DNA from: Gammaproteobacteria bacterium
GTDB lineage: Bacteria; Pseudomonadota; Gammaproteobacteria; Pseudomonadales; Pseudohongiellaceae
DNA: 32,000 nt
Direction of reading: 5' to 3'
NCBI GenBank assembly: GCA_002711845.1
Contig: PASF01000002.1
Location: 1 to 32,000, forward strand
Part shown: in pieces, positions 1 to 7,994 of the stretch
Layout: the number at the start of each line of letters is the position of its first letter
Numbering within the stretch: position 1 is the first letter of the stretch
Position numbers and translations under genes: made by a program
Notes under the pieces: generated by a model
Databases searched by the model: none
Told to the model about the DNA's origin: nothing
The model's input: the letters and a program-made list of their open reading frames with translations, nothing else

Positions 1-98
1 GACCTAATATGGCCCTTGGAGGCATAACCCCAAACCAGAAGCTGGCATTGGCCGCTTGATGTCTACTCTCAGGCGCAATTAAAAATGGGGGTATTACA
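1..98 (+). mobile_element. Right end of an IS3-family-like insertion sequence (3' end of a DDE/rve transposase plus terminal repeat); the element continues off the left edge
   Basis: The frame from nt 3 reads ...PNMALGGITPNQKLALAA followed by TGA at 57-59, the typical tail after the YNxxRPH motif of rve transposases. A degraded second copy of this tail (RRKYNNERPHTGIGGVPPRRLLMAA*) lies at 15411-15488. Each copy is followed ~40 nt later by the same terminus, AAAATGGGGGTATTACA, ending at 98 and at 15528. Beyond that terminus the two flanks diverge. The terminus ends in CA, as IS3-type right ends do. Confidence 0.6.
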
Positions 99-110
99 AC
101 TACAATTACT

Positions 111-156
111 GGAAATCTTATCAGGGCGTTTGTTCTGAATTTGGGGGGTAAGGTCA
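111..156 (-). repeat. Solo IS left-end (IRL-like) fragment, copy A of a dispersed ~45-bp repeat
   Basis: The reverse complement reads TGACCTTACCCCCCAAATTCAGAACA... This aligns with copies at 10244, 15290 and 23421 (consensus TGACCTTnCCCCCnnATTTAGAACnATGnCCTTnnTGAGATTGGA). It is an imperfect inverse of the IS right terminus (TGTAATACCCCCATTTTCAAC). Confidence 0.5.
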
Positions 157-225
157 CACGCTTACAAAATGGGGTAGGCCCTAATTCTTGACTAACTTGG
201 ACGTCGGCGTAGAACTTAAATGCTA

Positions 226-1296
226 TCAGTTAACTTCAAACCCATACTCCAAGAGCCAATTTTTAAGTCTTTGTACAGTAACGTATCGAGCCCCCGTACC
301 TCTATAAATATCTAGTAAGTTGGAGTAATTTGCACGTATCCTTCTTGCCGCTGTGATCGCTTTTGTCTTGCTGCTACAACACAAAGCAAAGAGGCAGTCA
401 GACAACTGGGTTTCTTCGTGTAACTCCAGCGGTTGTATAAAGTCTAATTTTGGTATGCCAACCCGCGTCAATAGAACTACATGTCCGGATACACGGCCAT
501 TTCTACTAGCCCCTATTTTAATGGAGGAGGGCTGCTGACCCAACACTAAGTCTTTTAGGTCAGTGGAATGAACAAAAGGGATAGAGTCCCTACCGCGGCC
601 GCTCTTCGCAAAGTGTACTGGCATACTCCCCCTAACCAAATTGACTTTGATACTATCTGCGACGGAAATAGTATTCACACTAGAACCTTTGGCCTTTACA
701 CCAGGTAATATTTTTATAGCGGTAGATCGTACCCGGGCTCCCCTAAAGGTCTCATTGTGCAGCTCGCCGATAATATGGATGCTGTATCGGCTCTCTATGT
801 AATGCCTAGCGGCTGCATCCAACTCAGAAAAAAGAACTGATTCAGGTGCTATCACCATAGCACCATTTTTTGGCTTGAAAAGCTCTAGACTTTTTAGAAT
901 ATTCGCCATTGCGATGCTAGATTTTAAATGATGTCCTTCATAGGTAACTTGTACAGATTTTTGGTTGCCTTGACTAAAGGGTGGGTTAAGAAGGAGTAAA
1001 TCGCAACGAGCTCCAGCGTTGGCAGCCAAAGTGCTTTTGTAACTGCGATCTTTTAGAATTTCGCCTACCGACAAAATCCAACCAGGATTTTTCCTTCTCA
1101 GCGCTGAGATCGCATTTCGGTCGCGGTCAAGCCCAATGCATTGAGTCTCTCGGTAAACATTCGATGCAGCAGCAAGTAGATTGCCCGTACCGCAGGTAGA
1201 ATCGACAGCGACGCATGCTTCTCCGCGGAACTCTTTTAACAAGAGTTCCTCAGCCAAGCTTATAGGGGTATAGTACCGATCAAGGTCAACTTCCAC
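226..1296 (-). CDS. N6-adenine DNA methyltransferase, gamma-class motif order (Eco57I/TaqI-like)
   Basis: Motif I DSTCGTGNLL (about 1180-1210) precedes motif IV LLLNPPF (974-994), and the YYTPxxLAEELL N-terminal motif is present. The ~190-aa C-terminal region is a presumed target-recognition domain. I place the start at GTG 1296, which has GGAGG 6 nt upstream and overlaps the upstream stop by 11 nt. The ORF-track start at 1482 would overlap the upstream gene by ~200 nt and adds a non-protein-like extension. Confidence 0.85.
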   Translation of the reverse strand: MEVDLDRYYTPISLAEELLLKEFRGEACVAVDSTCGTGNLLAAASNVYRETQCIGLDRDRNAISALRRKNPGWILSVGEILKDRSYKSTLAANAGARCDLLLLNPPFSQGNQKSVQVTYEGHHLKSSIAMANILKSLELFKPKNGAMVIAPESVLFSELDAAARHYIESRYSIHIIGELHNETFRGARVRSTAIKILPGVKAKGSSVNTISVADSIKVNLVRGSMPVHFAKSGRGRDSIPFVHSTDLKDLVLGQQPSSIKIGASRNGRVSGHVVLLTRVGIPKLDFIQPLELHEETQLSDCLFALCCSSKTKAITAARRIRANYSNLLDIYRGTGARYVTVQRLKNWLLEYGFEVN

Positions 1297-2230
1297 CCAG
1301 CGCCTCCGAGAAATCGTAGATGTGAATAGTTCCGATTCCTGATGTCCTTCCTTTCTTTTTAATGGGGTGGTCAAAGAGGATTTCGGTGAATTCAGGATGA
1401 GCGATCGCATACCAGATTGCTCCCAGCCCATGTGGCTTTGTACCAACTGGGGCAATATACATGTACGCGTCGGGGTTATCACGGTGAATCATACCTAATG
1501 TTTCGTATAATTCGAATGGACAACTTGCTCGTGAGTATCTTATATCCGAATGAGCTTGAAACTCGTCTAATACCTCCTGATTACATGTGATTGTATAAGT
1601 AGGAAACTCAACTTGAAATCCTGGGACACCAATCACTGGAATAACGCGCGGTGCTGGATCTAACGGATATATCAGCGATCTAGGCCGATTTCCCTCAAAT
1701 CCAAGCAACGCTACAAAAACACTTTTTCGTTGCATGGATGGATCCTCAAGTTTCGCAAATCCTGGCAACGGTGCTGGGCCTGAAAACTCAGAAGACAAGT
1801 CAAATGTAGTGTATGAAGAGGGGTTCTTGTGCAAGCGGTACGATTCAGGCTCTGCGTACAGAACTCGAAGTTTGATCTTAGAGTCGAAAGCCGCTTTGAA
1901 GATTGGGGCCCAAATGTTGTAAGGCAATCCAGATATATCTAGTAATATTTCCTTGCCTGATAGTATGGACTTAAGCTTGTCTTGATCGAGAATCGAGATC
2001 ACTATTTCTTCTTCAAATTTTGTATTAACACATATATCTTCTGCACCAAATCTTGTGATTTGAATGTATTCATGACGCGAAGAATGTTTAATTTCCTCCC
2101 AGATCGTCATGGACCCTCGATCGTCCATTCTTTCATCCGAAAAAATGACGCATTCGAATTCCCCAATGTCCTCAAGGGATAGGGCGTTATACCTCAGCGT
2201 GTGAGTAGCCGGACGAATTACGCTAAGCAA
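1286..2230 (-). CDS. Hypothetical protein, 314 aa, Rossmann-like C-terminal half (possible CARF/SLOG-like ligand-binding fold; tentative)
   Basis: The ORF runs uninterrupted between the ATPase and the MTase. It has a TTG start with GGAG 7 nt upstream, and stops lie just upstream in frame. Alternating beta/alpha-type segments include VFVALLGFEG, VIPVIGVPG and YMYIAPVGTKPHGLGAIWYAI. The last resembles the xTGGTK loop-helix seen in CARF-type domains. I could not recognise a nuclease motif. Confidence 0.65.
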   Translation of the reverse strand: MLSVIRPATHTLRYNALSLEDIGEFECVIFSDERMDDRGSMTIWEEIKHSSRHEYIQITRFGAEDICVNTKFEEEIVISILDQDKLKSILSGKEILLDISGLPYNIWAPIFKAAFDSKIKLRVLYAEPESYRLHKNPSSYTTFDLSSEFSGPAPLPGFAKLEDPSMQRKSVFVALLGFEGNRPRSLIYPLDPAPRVIPVIGVPGFQVEFPTYTITCNQEVLDEFQAHSDIRYSRASCPFELYETLGMIHRDNPDAYMYIAPVGTKPHGLGAIWYAIAHPEFTEILFDHPIKKKGRTSGIGTIHIYDFSEALGGS

Positions 2231-2271
2231 GAAGCGTCTCCTGCGGCTTTGACCACGGCATTATCACTCCC

Positions 2272-4164
2272 TTAATTGTTCTTTGCATCGTCGTAAAATG
2301 CTGAAAAGAAAGCCAATTGCTCGGGCAACTCTTCGTCCGATGACATATTTTGCTTCTTTAGCAGAGAATTAATTGCCTTAGAAGGGTTACCATCCACTGC
2401 GGCAAGAAGGTGTTTGGCCTCGAACTCAGTTCTTCTCTTCTTCCTATAGGAAATTTCGAAGAATCCAGTAAAAATTCTGTGTAGCCTATACTCTTCATCT
2501 TGTAACTCTACATCGGTTGTATCTTTTGTTCTCGGAGAGACTTCGAATGCCAAATGACCGACGCCATCTCGTAATAGCCTTGAGATGTTCCTAAGGTCAT
2601 CAGGCTCACCCTTTAACACAAACGAAACGGTCTCGGGAGACCTATTGGCTGGCGATCTGGCTAGCTCAAAAAAAACTTTCCCTATTGCTAGGACTAACCG
2701 CTTTAATTTCACACCATTGTCGGCGAGGCCTTCCAGCTGATCCAGTCTACGCCTACCCACATCCCGCAACGAAAGAGTTTGTGACTTGGCAGAGAGTAAT
2801 AATTCCTCCGGCAATACATCTGGCGAATTCTTAAACTCATGAGCAATTGCTGAATCGATAAGCTCCAGAAAGTATCGAATATTTTCACCAGAGAGGGCTA
2901 ATATCGTGTTCAAGCCGCTATAATACTTCCTGATTCGCACTCCCTTTTTGCCTTTTGTTACCCAAAATAGGCTGGCATAACCGTGATTACCCAACCGAGT
3001 AGCCCATTTATCAATGTTCTTTTTCCAATCTTTAGCGAGGTTTAGAAGCGTGTCACCACTCTTCTCTTGCCAATACTTCAAGAAGTAAACTTCGTTGTCA
3101 GGTCTAGTCTGTATAAAGTCATATATGTCAGAATCGCTCTGACTTAATTCACCGCGAACGATTTCTGCAATTTTTCCGACGCCAAGCTTCATGGCTTCTT
3201 GGGCAAATGTCATATTTTCAAGGAATTGATCAATTCTTGGGGGTACATTTAGACCATTTTGCTTGGCGAACTCTAGTCTTTTATTGGCGACTCCGGTCGC
3301 GAAAAGATCGAAACCCTCATCCGAGATTTGAATTTCCCCGTAATCATCCGGGGTTTTTAGCAGGTCGTTTACGTCTAGGGTTTGATGATTCCTAAGGCCG
3401 TATCGTCTAACCCCAACTTTATAAGAAAGTGGGGGTTCAGCATGTTTAATATACGTATTTAGGACTGCTTGCTGGTGGTTTAGAAGATTCTCATACTCGT
3501 CGATACAGCAAAAAATTACCCGTTCCCCTAGCAATTCATGTTTTTCGAGAGCCTCAACAAACACTCGTAGTGGCGACTCGGGCATAGACATTAGCACTGA
3601 AGTCGTATTGTGCGGGTTGTTAACATACAATTGTAGGGCAGATATTCCGCTGTCAGCTAATCGTATAAGCTCATCAATGGTGCTACACGCTCCAAGTCCA
3701 AGATCTTCTGACACTGCGGATATCGCACTGCTAGGAAGCTCCTTCTCAGTTTGATCCTGCAGCCACCCGGCCATTTTAGCTAGTTCTTTGCAAACGATTA
3801 AATTGAAATAGTGAGCAAAGCATTTGTTCCACTGCTCCTCGCCAAGTACCGCCCCTTTAAAAGCGTGAACTCGGTTCTTGTTCATTCGAATCAAGATTCC
3901 AAGGTACTGTTGATCACTGAAGGAAAACCCGTCCGACACGAGTCTTGCTAACGTCTCTTCATACTTCAGTGATTGAAGTGCTGTTGTTTTTCCCGTACCC
4001 CTGCCTCCAACAAGTAAGCTTGGTCGAGATGATTGAAGCTTCTTTAAATAACTTGGGGGGACAAACAGCTCACTAAAGACTGCCTCTGACCACTCGGCTC
4101 GATTTTCACCAAAAAGCTGCCGAAGAAAGGTAATCTCATCTTTCGGTAAATTATAATCTTTCAA
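2272..4164 (-). CDS. P-loop NTPase, ORC/Cdc6-like AAA-type ATPase, 630 aa
   Basis: Walker A is LLVGGRGTGKTT (about 3981-4014) and Walker B is VIFCCIDEYENL. A long alpha-rich C-terminal region follows. The TTG start has GGGAG 7 nt upstream and overlaps the upstream gene's stop by 14 nt. Confidence 0.85.
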   Translation of the reverse strand: MKDYNLPKDEITFLRQLFGENRAEWSEAVFSELFVPPSYLKKLQSSRPSLLVGGRGTGKTTALQSLKYEETLARLVSDGFSFSDQQYLGILIRMNKNRVHAFKGAVLGEEQWNKCFAHYFNLIVCKELAKMAGWLQDQTEKELPSSAISAVSEDLGLGACSTIDELIRLADSGISALQLYVNNPHNTTSVLMSMPESPLRVFVEALEKHELLGERVIFCCIDEYENLLNHQQAVLNTYIKHAEPPLSYKVGVRRYGLRNHQTLDVNDLLKTPDDYGEIQISDEGFDLFATGVANKRLEFAKQNGLNVPPRIDQFLENMTFAQEAMKLGVGKIAEIVRGELSQSDSDIYDFIQTRPDNEVYFLKYWQEKSGDTLLNLAKDWKKNIDKWATRLGNHGYASLFWVTKGKKGVRIRKYYSGLNTILALSGENIRYFLELIDSAIAHEFKNSPDVLPEELLLSAKSQTLSLRDVGRRRLDQLEGLADNGVKLKRLVLAIGKVFFELARSPANRSPETVSFVLKGEPDDLRNISRLLRDGVGHLAFEVSPRTKDTTDVELQDEEYRLHRIFTGFFEISYRKKRRTEFEAKHLLAAVDGNPSKAINSLLKKQNMSSDEELPEQLAFFSAFYDDAKNN

Positions 4165-5104
4165 TTAAAGGCTCCCATCCCTCAATTCCAGGGGACCAGA
4201 ATATTGGTAATGTTGCATCTGGGATAGAATGTTCGAACCCGATAAGCAACCCCCTATTCTTATATCCGTATTTCAAATAAGACGGTTGGCCGGCCATGTA
4301 ATCTTCTTTGGGCGTTAATTTTTTCGAATATTTTTCAAGAAAATGTTCGGTGCTGTCGCGATCTATTAACCCGGCATTGGCTAAACCGCAGACTGTTGAT
4401 TTCTCTGTGAGCACGTGGGCAGGACAAACCGCAACATTAGGAGCACGCCGGTTGATTTCAGCAAGCCCATAATCCGTCGTCACAAGAGTAATGTAGATCG
4501 CGTTGTACCCAATTTCACGATGGATAGTGGCAAATGACTCCCCTCTTCTGTTATACGCTCGTGTCCAGGTTTCAAGGAATTGGTCACCACTCCCCACAAA
4601 ATCATCGACAAATATTATTGTATCTCCTTGCCGCGCCTTCTCGATGCCTGTGCGGGTATCAATCATCATTTCATCGGTCATACGAAGTATTTGTCTTGCC
4701 TTGCGACAAAATAAGTACCCTGAATCCGTGGGTCTAGGTGTCTCGCCTTCAACAGGGGTTATCCAAGATCTTTCCAGTCCACCCAATAGCAATTCTCTGT
4801 TAGGAACGTTAGGACCCTTTGGAAACCCGTCAGCCACAGATTGCCAGGCAGATCTAAGCATCGCATTTACAGTAAGACTGTTGCAGTATGTGAATCGATC
4901 AAGAAGGCTAGCAGCAATTACCTTGTCGGGCGAGTCAAAGTTGTTCAGCCACGCAACAGGCCTCATGGCTGGCGGCGACGGCCATAACCCTCCTCTTTTT
5001 AATATCTCGCACTTTTGCTCGACCATTCGTATGGCTATGTGATCCCGCAATCGGATACTCCCCGCGCGACTTCTTCCGCATATGATAATAAGTGTAGCAT
5101 TCAA
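4151..5104 (-). CDS. Phosphoribosyltransferase-fold (PRTase-like) protein, about 300-317 aa
   Basis: The PRPP-loop-like signature TIIFVDDFVGSGDQF (about 4581-4625) matches the hhhhDDxxxTGxT pattern of type I PRTases and ComF-like proteins. The start is ambiguous. TTG 5104 lacks an RBS, TTG 5050 has GGGGAG 7 nt upstream, and ATG 5026 is also possible. Confidence 0.7.
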   Translation of the reverse strand: MNATLIIICGRSRAGSIRLRDHIAIRMVEQKCEILKRGGLWPSPPAMRPVAWLNNFDSPDKVIAASLLDRFTYCNSLTVNAMLRSAWQSVADGFPKGPNVPNRELLLGGLERSWITPVEGETPRPTDSGYLFCRKARQILRMTDEMMIDTRTGIEKARQGDTIIFVDDFVGSGDQFLETWTRAYNRRGESFATIHREIGYNAIYITLVTTDYGLAEINRRAPNVAVCPAHVLTEKSTVCGLANAGLIDRDSTEHFLEKYSKKLTPKEDYMAGQPSYLKYGYKNRGLLIGFEHSIPDATLPIFWSPGIEGWEPLIERL

Positions 5105-5231
5105 ACTATGAGGTGATGCTGCTAATAGCTGTAGTTTCCATCAATTTAAGCAAAACCCCCGCCATTCGTTTACTTCTTCTCGCATAATTGATTGATGCCT
5201 TTTTGTACTGCCTGAACTCCTTTCTGAGCGA

Positions 5232-6404
5232 TTACGCCGGGTAAAGTTTGGGTAGCCATCGCTCGCGTGCCTTGGGTGGAAAACCAAGACGAACCGGGCT
5301 CTTTGGTCCATCGGAGACAAGGTACCCCTGTTTGAGCAACTCAGCCAATACATCGCGCGCCTGACGCTCTCCATAGTTCGTAATTTCTTGAGCATCGCCT
5401 CTCTTATACTGCCCACGCAGCAGCGCCTGCTGCAGCAGCGGCCATGATGCTTTGTGCAGTTGCCCAAATTGGATCTCCTCTTTGATGTGGATCTCCATGC
5501 GGATACGTAGGGTATCCAAGTCAAGAAGCTCACTCATGAAATCGATCTGATCAATGCACGATTCCAGGAAGAATTGACAGAAATTGACCAGCTCCCTGTG
5601 GCTGAGATTGCCCCGGCCGTCAAGATCGCCTTTTCTTGGCGAGTCAGCGGCCATCAGCCGCTCTTTGTAAGTCTCCACATTTCGAGCCAGCCCCCTTGAG
5701 ACTGACCAAAGCGTGCTGCCTATTTCAAGCTCGCGCAAAAAGGCATGAGAGAAAAGCCTGGCAACCCGGCCATTGCCGTCAAGAAACGGGTGGATCCAGG
5801 CCAACCGGTGATGCGAAGCCCCTATGGCGATGACCTGTTTTACCTTGGATAGTCTGCCTAGGTCATACGCCTGCTCAAATCGGCCCATGAATCGATCCAG
5901 ATCCTCTGGCCGCGGCGGTATATGTCGACCCACCTGCACATCATCCTCCCTGAACTGACCAGGCACAACCGAGATTACTTTGCCGGTGTGCTCATTTTTT
6001 ACCTGCAAAAGCTCCTTTGGCAAGCGCACACAAAACTCTTTGTGAACCCATTTGATGTACTCCCCATAGGGCGCCAGTGGCGGCGCCGCATTCTCATCAA
6101 TCATCGTTTGCACTTCGATGTGTGCCACCGCCTCCTGCTGCAGGTTGCGCTGCTTAGGATCGCTTGAGAAGTCCTGCGCCATCGCCTTTTCAATGCTGAT
6201 TGGGTGAGTATCGTGACCCTCGATGAGGTTGCTGTAGTAGCAGTTCATCGAGCGCACCAGATCCCCAATGCTTTGCGCAACGGCTGGATCCAGTCGTGAT
6301 GCAAGGGCTGACCCTTTGCGAATAAGATCAAAGGCTAGGTCTTCAAGCTCTTTGATGTCTTCATTTGGAAGCATTGGCTCCATTAAGTAAACGTCCGCTG
6401 CCAT
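5232..6404 (-). CDS. fic: Fic-family AMPylase (adenylyltransferase), class II auto-inhibited type
   Basis: The canonical Fic motif HPFLDGNGRVAR lies at about 5757-5792. The N-terminal inhibitory-helix motif S-N-L-I-E-G matches (S/T)xxxE(G/N). The C-terminal tail looks winged-helix-like. Confidence 0.92.
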   Translation of the reverse strand: MAADVYLMEPMLPNEDIKELEDLAFDLIRKGSALASRLDPAVAQSIGDLVRSMNCYYSNLIEGHDTHPISIEKAMAQDFSSDPKQRNLQQEAVAHIEVQTMIDENAAPPLAPYGEYIKWVHKEFCVRLPKELLQVKNEHTGKVISVVPGQFREDDVQVGRHIPPRPEDLDRFMGRFEQAYDLGRLSKVKQVIAIGASHHRLAWIHPFLDGNGRVARLFSHAFLRELEIGSTLWSVSRGLARNVETYKERLMAADSPRKGDLDGRGNLSHRELVNFCQFFLESCIDQIDFMSELLDLDTLRIRMEIHIKEEIQFGQLHKASWPLLQQALLRGQYKRGDAQEITNYGERQARDVLAELLKQGYLVSDGPKSPVRLGFPPKARERWLPKLYPA

Positions 6405-6500
6405 TCTTTTTGCCGGTATATTTGCCGAATAGAAAATATAGTAACTTATTGATAATAATTAGGCTACCCTAATATTCTACGAGATAAGAAGGAGGTTTTC

Positions 6501-6530
6501 GCCGGTAAAATTGCCGTATCATTTGCCGGC
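6501..6530. promoter_or_regulatory. Candidate operator palindrome upstream of fic
   Basis: The site reads GCCGGTAAA-N12-TTTGCCGGC. It is conserved with compensating changes upstream of the fic remnant at 13184-13212 (GCCGGTAAT-N12-ATTGCCGGA). A partial third copy lies at 6411-6427. Confidence 0.3.
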
Positions 6531-6768
6531 TCAAGGGAGCTAAGGGTCGTGTACTGAAAGGAAAAGGCCGGTTGCGCTCAAAATGGGCTAGAAATCTCCA
6601 TAAACCAGGGGGAAAGTCCATTTCCTATTAGTAGCCCAACTACAGTTACATTTACAATCTCTGCATTCGGCCAGAAATCTGGTTTTCCATCGGCTCCATG
6701 GCGGCTGCAAAAACTAGGCTAAATCAAGGATCAAAAAGCGATGCATATTCAATCTAATGGAGGAGTCT

Positions 6769-7383
6769 ATGAACTCTAATCAGCAAGGACGGGCAAGTCA
6801 GGCGGTTCTTGATAACATCAAACAGGCCGTGGAGAAAAAATACCCTCACGCACAAATCGAGTTAACAGCCCTTCCTGGTGTCATCTCCGCTGTGGTTTTC
6901 ACCCAAGACAAACGAACGCTTGAAAGCGTGTATGCCCAGCGAGATATCAATGCTCTGGCGCATCGCTCGGGCGGGCTCAGTGATGAATTTTACACCAGCA
7001 TGGTGTTTTACAGCGATCGCAAAGACCTTGCCCGAAGAAAGGTCTTCTCCTTTATCGAGCCAAAGCTTCAAGATATCTCCAAGAATTACCATGTTGATGT
7101 CGAGGTGGGCATAAACGGAAAAACCCTGAGCGTTCGGGTTATCGGCTCTCGTGATTACATGGAGGCATTCAAGGCCAAAGTAAGGGATATGAGTCCGGAG
7201 ATGTTAAGGCTTTCTGAGTGTCGACAGGTCAATACGTATTTCAGCACCGGCTATGAGCTTGAACCCGGGGAAAGGTATCAAGCAGCGGATGAGGATAATG
7301 ACGACGACCCGATCAACCCTAACTGGCCCAGCACAACAGGCAACCCATCGGGCGGCGGCCGGGGCAACAACCCGCCCAAGTGA
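6769..7383 (+). CDS. Hypothetical protein, ~204 aa, with an acidic/Gly-Asn-Pro-rich tail
   Basis: The ORF looks coding by eye, and GGAGG lies 5 nt upstream of ATG 6769 (the ORF-track start at 6757 overlaps this RBS). I recognise no motif. Confidence 0.6.
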   Translation: MNSNQQGRASQAVLDNIKQAVEKKYPHAQIELTALPGVISAVVFTQDKRTLESVYAQRDINALAHRSGGLSDEFYTSMVFYSDRKDLARRKVFSFIEPKLQDISKNYHVDVEVGINGKTLSVRVIGSRDYMEAFKAKVRDMSPEMLRLSECRQVNTYFSTGYELEPGERYQAADEDNDDDPINPNWPSTTGNPSGGGRGNNPPK

Positions 7384-7391
7384 GCGGCTCA

Positions 7392-7414
7392 GGGGCGGCC
7401 AATCAAGCCGCCCC
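7392..7414. terminator. GC-rich hairpin between convergent genes
   Basis: The sequence is GGGGCGGC-caatcaa-GCCGCCCC, an 8-bp perfect stem. It sits 9 nt after the stop at 7383 and 22 nt from the stop of the minus-strand gene at 7436. The T-tract is weak. Confidence 0.45.
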
Positions 7415-7435
7415 ATCTTACAGCACCAGATTTTA

Positions 7436-7729
7436 CTAGGCGGCTCCCAGCACGCGCACCTCACGCACCGCCCGGCCCTTTGGCCTGTAAAGACCATTTC
7501 TCTTTCCATCAGCCGAGGCGCATCGAACAGCAAACCCGTCAATTAACACTTTCTGAATCATAGTCTGCTCGTCGACCTCTTCGCATGCGTCAATGGTATT
7601 GCCCGCATCGGAGACACGAAAGGTGGTTCTTCCATTATCTCTACGCGTCATTTTCACCGGGTAAATCATTGCACCATCGACAAGCACAAAGGCTATTTTC
7701 TTGGACATCATCTCTTGAGATACTGGCAT
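7436..7729 (-). CDS. Hypothetical small protein, 97 aa
   Basis: AAGGAG lies 6 nt upstream of ATG 7729. I recognise no motif. Confidence 0.6.
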   Translation of the reverse strand: MPVSQEMMSKKIAFVLVDGAMIYPVKMTRRDNGRTTFRVSDAGNTIDACEEVDEQTMIQKVLIDGFAVRCASADGKRNGLYRPKGRAVREVRVLGAA

Positions 7730-7994
7730 TGTTAGCTCCTTTTTTCGGGTTGATTGCCAGGCTGTTTCTCAGCACTGGCCAGTTGTGTTGCTTGCATCGC
7801 GTTAACGCAAAAACGTGCTGTCTTTCCAGCTGTCAGCCATTCACCCCTGGGTCCGAACACGAGCACGCCTGAAGCATGCGCAGCTCGAGCCCTGCTTTTT
7901 AAAGGTCCTTCGGTGATAAGTCGAAGGCAGAGTACAAAAGTGGGCATGGTTGCGGGTGTTATATGCGCCACCTCCCGCTGGGCTATTCAACAAC

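Noticed and set aside
1297-1482. N-terminal extension of the methyltransferase ORF (track start GTG 1482, internal ATGs at 1431 and 1410)
   Set aside because: It would overlap the well-formed C-terminus of the upstream 314-aa gene by 125-200 nt, and its sequence (SPKSSLTTPLKRKEGHQ...) is not protein-domain-like. GTG 1296 has a strong GGAGG RBS and leaves the YYTP motif near the N-terminus, as in related MTases.
4503-5042. 179-aa and 67-aa plus-strand ORFs antisense to the PRTase-like gene
   Set aside because: They are antisense shadow ORFs inside a gene with a clear motif-bearing frame. They have no RBS and no recognisable features.
5141-5533. 130-aa ORF overlapping the 3' end of fic
   Set aside because: It is an out-of-frame shadow of the fic coding region with Arg/Ser/Cys-rich composition. 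The same alternative frame appears in the fic remnant only because of the deletion-induced frameshift.
7730-7994. Overlapping ORFs (79-99 aa, both strands) in the gap between the 228-aa and 97-aa genes
   Set aside because: There are several mutually exclusive frames with Ala/Arg-rich composition and no distinguishing RBS. The 7732-7971 minus ORF ends 2 nt before the next ATG, so a small coupled gene cannot be excluded. I cannot support a call.
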